Source: Selaginella moellendorffii (Eukaryota; Plantae; Lycopodiophyta). From it: DNA of 13,170 nucleotides. The translations under genes were made by a program, and so were the position numbers. The notes beneath the pieces are model-generated. The model did no database searches. It saw nothing but the letters and a program-made list of their open reading frames with translations, and was not told where the DNA came from. Of the stretch, positions 8,310 through 13,170 are shown piece by piece. Location of the stretch: assembly GCF_000143415.4 (NCBI RefSeq), contig NW_003314557.1, forward strand, positions 1 through 13,170, read 5' to 3'. The stretch's first letter is position 1. Each line of letters begins with the position of its first letter.

Positions 8310-9077
8310 TCAGCAAGATTGTATTTCTGGCAGGTCTGCCAGAAATCCCTCAATATCAATAAACACATCATTGAATTCTTGAGGTTGCCCCCAGCAATTG
8401 GTTTGCACATCTCCACCTTGAACCCCACCAACAAACTCCTGACTAACTTGATCAGCAAACACTCCATCGCCAAGCTCGCTAGTTTGAGCAAACACTTCTT
8501 GCACACAATCACCAACAGGCCCTAAGGCTGGTAGAAGCTCCCAACAACTGATTTGATCAAAAGTTTCATGTGAGAAAGGTTGAGCACAATCACCAACACC
8601 ATGACCTTGCTCCCAACAAGTAGTTTGATCAAAACCCTCCTCTCCTGGACCTGATGATTCGCCTATAAATTCTTCTTGGACGACTGGAGTGACCTTGTCA
8701 CACGCACCCCCTCCCTCATGACTCCTTAAAGCTTTGGATTTTCTCTTATTTCCACCCGTGGGCGATAGCGATACGTCCCTTACCTTGCCACCTTGTGTCC
8801 ATTTTCCCTTGCACGACCTACAAATGTAACGCGGCTGGTCGCGCTTGCCAGTACTCTTCTCGTTGTTGTAGTAATCGAACCGCGTGTTGTAAGATTGGCA
8901 CCTTGGGCACTGGTACACGTTGTCCGGAAGGTCGTGGTGCTCCCACACGCCGTACAAGTTTTGATCCCTCACCTCTTGGGCCGTGAGCTTGCAAGCCCTC
9001 TCGCTTCTCAGTCGACGCTTCTTTGTCAGCACCATGATACCATCGTCTTCTCTACTTCTCTTGCTTGCTCTCGCCAT
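8310..9077 (-). CDS. Dof-type (C2C2) zinc-finger transcription factor-like protein, copy A, 255 aa
   Basis: CPRCQSYNTRFDYYNN..QPRYICRSCKGKWTQGGKVRDV matches the Dof consensus CPRCxSxNTKFCYYNN..QPRxFCxxCxxYWTxGGxLRNV. Basic N-terminus (KKRRLR), acidic C-terminus, uninterrupted ORF. Confidence 0.85.
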   Translation of the reverse strand: MARASKRSREDDGIMVLTKKRRLRSERACKLTAQEVRDQNLYGVWEHHDLPDNVYQCPRCQSYNTRFDYYNNEKSTGKRDQPRYICRSCKGKWTQGGKVRDVSLSPTGGNKRKSKALRSHEGGGACDKVTPVVQEEFIGESSGPGEEGFDQTTCWEQGHGVGDCAQPFSHETFDQISCWELLPALGPVGDCVQEVFAQTSELGDGVFADQVSQEFVGGVQGGDVQTNCWGQPQEFNDVFIDIEGFLADLPEIQSC

Positions 9078-9110
9078 AGCTCGTACGATCCTAAAGGACT
9101 TGACCTTATT

Positions 9111-9135
9111 TATTTATATATGCACTAAAGTAAAG
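9111..9135 (-). promoter_or_regulatory. TATA box (TATATAAATA, 9120-9111) with adjacent tandem TAAAG motifs (9126-9135, + strand) upstream of Dof copy A
   Basis: Lies ~35-45 nt upstream of the ATG and is conserved in copy B. Confidence 0.5.
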
Positions 9136-9491
9136 GCTGGGTTCGCTTAAACAGCGTAGATTCCCACTAATCCTGTGCGGTTTAAGGTAATGTCTGGCAA
9201 ATGGTTTGGCTGTAAATACAATCATTGATGATAGAAAACTGCTGAAGCTCAAGATCTATCTATAGGCATTTCCATATGTTTCTGTGAGCTCCTTCGTCGG
9301 CTTACTGGTGGACAGGAAACTATTTTGAGAAAGAGGAGAAAGAAAAAGTATATATTTTTTCTTATCTTTGCAGCTTTTCATATATTTGACATATAGATTG
9401 AAATATAATACTATGTAGGCTTCTATTCATCAAACAAATCTGGAAACCCTGGGATCCAACTATAAATTCTTTTGACAAAAATTTCCATGAA

Positions 9492-10253
9492 TCAGCAAGC
9501 CTGTATTTCTGGCAGGTCTGCCAGAAATCCCTCAATATCAAGAAACACATCGTTGAATTCTTGAGGTTGCCCCCAGCAATTGGTTTGCACATCTCCACCT
9601 TGAACCCCACCAACAAACTCCTGACTAACTTGATCAGCAAACACTCCATCGCCAAGCTCGCTAGCTTGAGCAAACACTTCTTGCACACAGTCACCAACAG
9701 GTCCTTGACCCAAGGCTGGCAGAAGCTCCCAACAACTGTTTTGATCAAAAGCCTCGTGAGATAAAGGTTGGGCACAATCACCCAGACCATGACCTTGCTC
9801 CCAATAAGTAGTTTGATCAAAACCCGCAACACAATCACCCATAACTTGAGATGATTCGCCTACAAATTCTTCCTGGACGACTGGAGTGATCTTGTCTCCC
9901 CCATGGCTCTTTAAAGTTCTCTTATTTCCACCAGTGGGCGATAGCGATACGTCCCTTACCTTGCCACCTTGTGTCCATTTTCCCTTGCACGACCTACAAG
10001 CGTAGCGCGGCTGGTCGCGCTTGCCAGTACTCTTCTCGTTGTTGTAGTAATCGAACCGCGTGTTGTAAGATTGGCACCTTGGGCACTGGTACATGTTGTC
10101 CGGAAGGTCGTGGTGCTCCCACACGCCGTACAAGTTTTGATCCCTCACCTCTTGGGCCGTGAGCTTGCAAGCCCTCTCGCTTCTCAGTCGACGCTTCTTT
10201 GTCAGCACCATGATACCATCGTCTTCTCTACTTCTCTTGCTTGCTCTCGCCAT
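9492..10253 (-). CDS. Dof-type zinc-finger transcription factor-like protein, copy B, 253 aa
   Basis: Paralog of 8310-9077 with the same Dof-like domain. The four indels relative to copy A are all frame-preserving. Confidence 0.85.
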   Translation of the reverse strand: MARASKRSREDDGIMVLTKKRRLRSERACKLTAQEVRDQNLYGVWEHHDLPDNMYQCPRCQSYNTRFDYYNNEKSTGKRDQPRYACRSCKGKWTQGGKVRDVSLSPTGGNKRTLKSHGGDKITPVVQEEFVGESSQVMGDCVAGFDQTTYWEQGHGLGDCAQPLSHEAFDQNSCWELLPALGQGPVGDCVQEVFAQASELGDGVFADQVSQEFVGGVQGGDVQTNCWGQPQEFNDVFLDIEGFLADLPEIQAC

Positions 10254-10282
10254 AGCTCGTATGACCCTAAAGGACTTGATCT

Positions 10283-10307
10283 TATTTATATGTGCACTAA
10301 AGTAAAG
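10283..10307 (-). promoter_or_regulatory. TATA box (TATAAATA) with tandem TAAAG motifs upstream of Dof copy B
   Basis: TATTTATA at 10283-10290 and TAAAGTAAAG at 10298-10307 on the + strand. Confidence 0.5.
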
Positions 10308-10367
10308 GCTGGGTTAGCTTAAACAACGTAGATTCCCACTAATCCTGTGCGGTTTAAGGTAGTCCAG

Positions 10368-10674
10368 AGCGCGATCAAGGCATGCAGCATCCACATCGCA
10401 GAGGGCAAGAAGGAAAGAGTCTGTCGAGAAGCCAGGTATGCATAGCGTACTGGATGACGCGACTGAGAAGAAACGCGTGATCAAGTTGGTGAGAATCCGA
10501 ACGGTTTTGATTCGCATGTGTGCCGAGCCCGTGCCGAGTGTGCACGCTCGCGGAGTGTTCGCCAGGGCACTGGATTTTTCGACTGTGTCATGGAACAATT
10601 TGATGCTTGGATACGGAGCGTATGGGCTTGGTTCTCGAGTCGAGCTGTTTCCATTGATGGAACAATCCGGGGTT
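10368..10674 (+). pseudogene. Captured PPR (PLS-class) gene fragment
   Basis: SAIKACS..(frameshift)..MHS..TVLIRMCA..SVHARGVFARALDFSTVSWNNLMLGYGAYGLG..ELFPLMEQSGV resembles the PLS motifs LKACS / TALIxMYA / ARxVF..VSWNxLIxGY..ALELFxxMxxxGV. Confidence 0.7.
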
Positions 10675-10681
10675 TTCTCAC

Positions 10682-11403
10682 CTTTGTCCACCAACTCCTT
10701 TTGTTGGTGCTTGAACTCCTCGAGTTCTTTTTCGTTCAAACGATAGGGGGGATGAACCACCGCCTCAGCACCCTCGACTTGCTCAATCTTATGTTCTATC
10801 GGTCGTGCAGGGGGCATGGTATCCCTGGCATGGTATCCTGGAATTGGTCCAACACCCGCTAGATAAATAAAGGTACTTCTTCTATTCCTGTCTTTTTGTC
10901 ACTTTTCACCGAGAGTAAACACAAAAATGCAGTCTTGGTTCCTTTAGTGAGTTGTCCTCTCATGGAAACCAGGTTTAGGCATGAATCTTTAGCCTTGCAT
11001 TGCCCTACCTTTAGATCCTGGGCCTCCACCTTGGATTTTCTTCCTTAGGCATTTGCTAGTACCACAAGGTTCTTACCTTGTCTATACAGGGCTACCATGA
11101 ACCGATTGAACCAATCCATTCCGAAGATCACGTCAAATCCCGCCATGTCCAACACGGTGAAATCCATGTCTATTTTCCAAGTCCCTACTTCGACTCTCGC
11201 TTGTCGAAATACCTCATCGGTGCTTTGGCTACCTTGAACAAACTCTATAGTCCTTGGTTTGCCTAGCCGTTGCACCGTTAGTCCGGCTTGCCAGACTATG
11301 TTTGGAGCCACAAAATTATCCAAAGCACCCGTGTTAATAAGGATCTTAACAAAGCTACCTCCGAGCTTCCTTCGGAGGGCTAGTAGATGTCGCGAACGAT
11401 TCT
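10682..11403 (-). pseudogene. Chromovirus protease (DTG changed to NTG), linker and RT N-terminus
   Basis: VKILINTGALDNFV, FDVIFGMDW; MPPARPIEHKIE..PPYRLNEKELEEFK..ELVDKG. A small duplication GGCATGGTATCC (10813 and 10827) shifts the frame. Confidence 0.9.
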
Positions 11404-11457
11404 CTACCAAAGTTGCTCATGTAATGAGTAACTTTGAGCTAGGGACTGGTCACATAC
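11402..11457 (-). other. Candidate 54-56-nt intron at the gag/protease junction
   Basis: GAG|GTATGT...CTTTGGTAG(AG). The TAG is also the gag stop. The exact boundaries that give an in-frame fusion are ambiguous. Confidence 0.5.
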
Positions 11458-12639
11458 CTCAGTTTGGATGTCACTTGACTTAATAGCCATATTGGCTCTA
11501 GCCTTCTTCGGGTAGGGACATTCCCTCGGAAAGTGTCCTGCTTCACTGCAGTTGTAGCATACGTTGTTTCCCACGCTGCTAAATGACTTGACCTTCTTAT
11601 CCGTGGGTTTGTCTTTTTGTGCTTGACTCCCCCACGTACTTGCTCGCTGGCAGAACCCCGAGGACTCATTCTTAAAGAAACTCTTCTTGAATTTCCCTTT
11701 GCTATACGTTCCTCTTGGTTTGGCCCCTTTCCTAAATGTGGACCCTGACCCCGTCGCGTTCCCCTTTTGCAGATTATCGTTGAAATGCACCTTGATGGCC
11801 ACATCCAACGCTTCCTTGTAGTTGGCCAGGTTCCAGCGCATCACCTCACCGCGAGCCCAGGTTTGCAAACCTGATATAAAGGCATGGAACGCATCCATAT
11901 CCCCCATTTTCGTGACAAGTATCCTCTTTGCCATAAACCCATTCACATACTCCTGAATGGTTCCGGTCTTCTTCAGCCTACTCAATTCGTCTCTTAGATG
12001 CAGAGTAGCATTTAGAGGAACGTAAGTTGCGCCGATCCTCGCCTTCATCATGTCCCAAGTGGCCACCGGTCTTTTGTTGGCCTCCGTCGTTCTCCACCAA
12101 GACTTGGCATTATCTGCCAAGTATGGTTTTGCACATAGGACCTTCTTTGAGCTCGGTAATTGCAACGCTCGGAAGTAGTCCTTCATATTGTAAAACCAAT
12201 CCTCCACCACCTTATAATCATTCACTCCCTTCAAGATAGGTGGGGGCTTTGGTTTGTACTTGGGAACTGCCTGAGGGACTGATTCCACTTCGGTCTGTTT
12301 GACCTTGTTTGGTTCTGCCTCAGTCCCTACCGAAGGGTCCGCATCTTTTGCGCTGCCAGCATCCCCAGTCTTTTGCTTTTTCTTCTGCTTCTCATCATGC
12401 TTTAGTTTGCGTACGAGAGTCTCTAGTAGGGCATTGGTCTGTGCCAACTGTCCTTCTAGAACATCCAATCGAGCCTTGGACGACCGAACCTCGCCACCGG
12501 ACTCCTGTTTGGAAGTTTCCTCACTGGAGTCCTCCTCATGCAAGGATTCCTCATCCATAGCATCTCGTTCGATCAGAGGCTCCACCTCTGGAGGAAGTTC
12601 CGTCTCCGCCTTGGTTCGCTTCCGCCCAGCCTTTGCCAT
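11404..12639 (-). CDS. gag: Chromovirus Gag (open frame; first ATG at 12639)
   Basis: VEDWFYNMKDYF..YLADNAKSWW..LSRLKKTGTIQEY..FISGL; zinc knuckle CYNCSEAGHFPREC. Confidence 0.9.
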   Translation of the reverse strand: MAKAGRKRTKAETELPPEVEPLIERDAMDEESLHEEDSSEETSKQESGGEVRSSKARLDVLEGQLAQTNALLETLVRKLKHDEKQKKKQKTGDAGSAKDADPSVGTEAEPNKVKQTEVESVPQAVPKYKPKPPPILKGVNDYKVVEDWFYNMKDYFRALQLPSSKKVLCAKPYLADNAKSWWRTTEANKRPVATWDMMKARIGATYVPLNATLHLRDELSRLKKTGTIQEYVNGFMAKRILVTKMGDMDAFHAFISGLQTWARGEVMRWNLANYKEALDVAIKVHFNDNLQKGNATGSGSTFRKGAKPRGTYSKGKFKKSFFKNESSGFCQRASTWGSQAQKDKPTDKKVKSFSSVGNNVCYNCSEAGHFPRECPYPKKARANMAIKSSDIQTEVCDQSLAQSYSLHEQLW

Positions 12640-12682
12640 CTCTGAGCAATCCACCTTTATCCTTCGCTAGAACTGAGGAAAA

Positions 12683-12695
12683 GGCTCCGATACCA
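12683..12695 (-). other. Primer-binding site (tRNA-iMet) of the chromovirus
   Basis: TGGTATCGGAGCC on the - strand, 3 nt after the LTR end; one mismatch to TGGTATCAGAGC. Confidence 0.9.
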
Positions 12696-12698
12696 AAT

Positions 12699-13170
12699 TG
12701 TAAGCCACAAATTTTTCCTTTCCAATTTACCAGCTTACCTCATCTACCCGTCCAACATTGCCTTGGCTTTTGCTAAGTTCCCTCGCCAAAGTTCCCACCT
12801 ATGGTACCAACTCCTACTTGGTCCTACTTGGTTTCAACTATTCACTGCACGAGCAATAGAGTGTTAGCCATCCATCCACAGATTCCCAAATCTCTCCCAA
12901 TCCCCTTCCCCGAGTTAGATTAAACTTAAGGTTGGGTTACACTCCCTGCAGGCATAAGCAGCCAAGCACACCAAGCCTTTAGGTTCCTAACATCCCTTGG
13001 TACCACAAGACTTGATCATGAGACCCTCTAAATCCCAAGTCTTGGGTGCAACATTTGCTTCGGGACACTAGGGCGAAACACCATGGCCTAATGGCCCGGT
13101 ATGGGTACCTTTACCCCCCCCCCCCCTCCACTTCCATCCCGAAGGGAAGGTCCAAGCCCCTAGGAAAGGC
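12699..13170 (-). repeat. 5' LTR of the chromovirus (partial)
   Basis: Direct repeat of 3631 to ~4080. Confidence 0.95.

Larger units (their letters stand above)
8225..10361. repeat. Tandem duplication of a ~970-bp Dof gene unit (8225-9189 and 9391-10361) with a ~200-bp unique spacer
   Basis: Both copies run from ATA(C/T)AGATTGAAATATAAT to GCGGTTTAAGGTA, covering the 3' flank, ORF and promoter. Confidence 0.93.
3631..13170 (-). mobile_element. Ty3/Gypsy chromovirus (possibly Galadriel-like), near full length, with intron-like inserts and gene cargo; 5' LTR runs off the window
   Basis: Paired LTRs starting TGTAAGCC at 3631 and 12699, PBS, PPT, and gag-PR-RT-RH-INT-chromodomain order. RT motif [20 protein letters not shown] resembles the Galadriel clade (inference). 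Expected TSD CTGTA (3626-3630); its partner lies outside the window. Confidence 0.93.

Noticed and set aside
8793-10322. Antisense and alternative-frame ORFs overlapping the Dof genes (e.g. 8793-9128, 9362-9838, 9969-10322)
   Set aside because: Shadow ORFs with no recognisable domain, repeated only because the unit is duplicated.
7947-10681. Cargo as an intact Helitron, Pack-MULE or CACTA insertion
   Set aside because: No TC..CTRR ends at an A/T site, no TIRs and no TSD were found, and target sequence is deleted. An origin from an internal piece of such an element is not excluded.
11045-11076. CAAG|GTAAGA donor at the end of protease
   Set aside because: The frame continues plausibly through the linker with only decay-type stops, so no excision is needed, and no matching acceptor is evident.

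Overview
Land-plant genomic DNA made of nested, decayed retroelements. (1) An outer Ty3/Gypsy element (- strand, 1-3630) has gag with a CCHC knuckle, a -1 frameshift/pseudoknot signal, protease and RT. (2) A Cassandra-type TRIM (451-1499, TSD CTCCC, 5S rRNA-derived segment, 8x37-bp array) is inserted in the outer RT. (3) A Ty3/Gypsy chromovirus (- strand, 3631 to beyond 13170; LTRs about 92% identical over the ~380 bp compared by hand; tRNA-iMet PBS) is inserted in the outer gag. The chromovirus is the unusual part. Its integrase is interrupted by two ~50-nt GT..AG insertions whose removal exactly restores conserved motifs (HPQTDGQTE and KLTQRFAGPY), so they look like spliceosomal micro-introns. 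A third candidate intron sits at the gag/protease junction. Its RT is split by a ~2.7-kb cargo carrying two intact tandem genes for a non-canonical Dof zinc-finger protein, flanked by LRR and PPR host-gene fragments. PPR, Dof, LRR and Cassandra indicate a land plant; the very short introns would fit a compact-intron genome such as Selaginella (inference only). All alignments and counts were done by eye.
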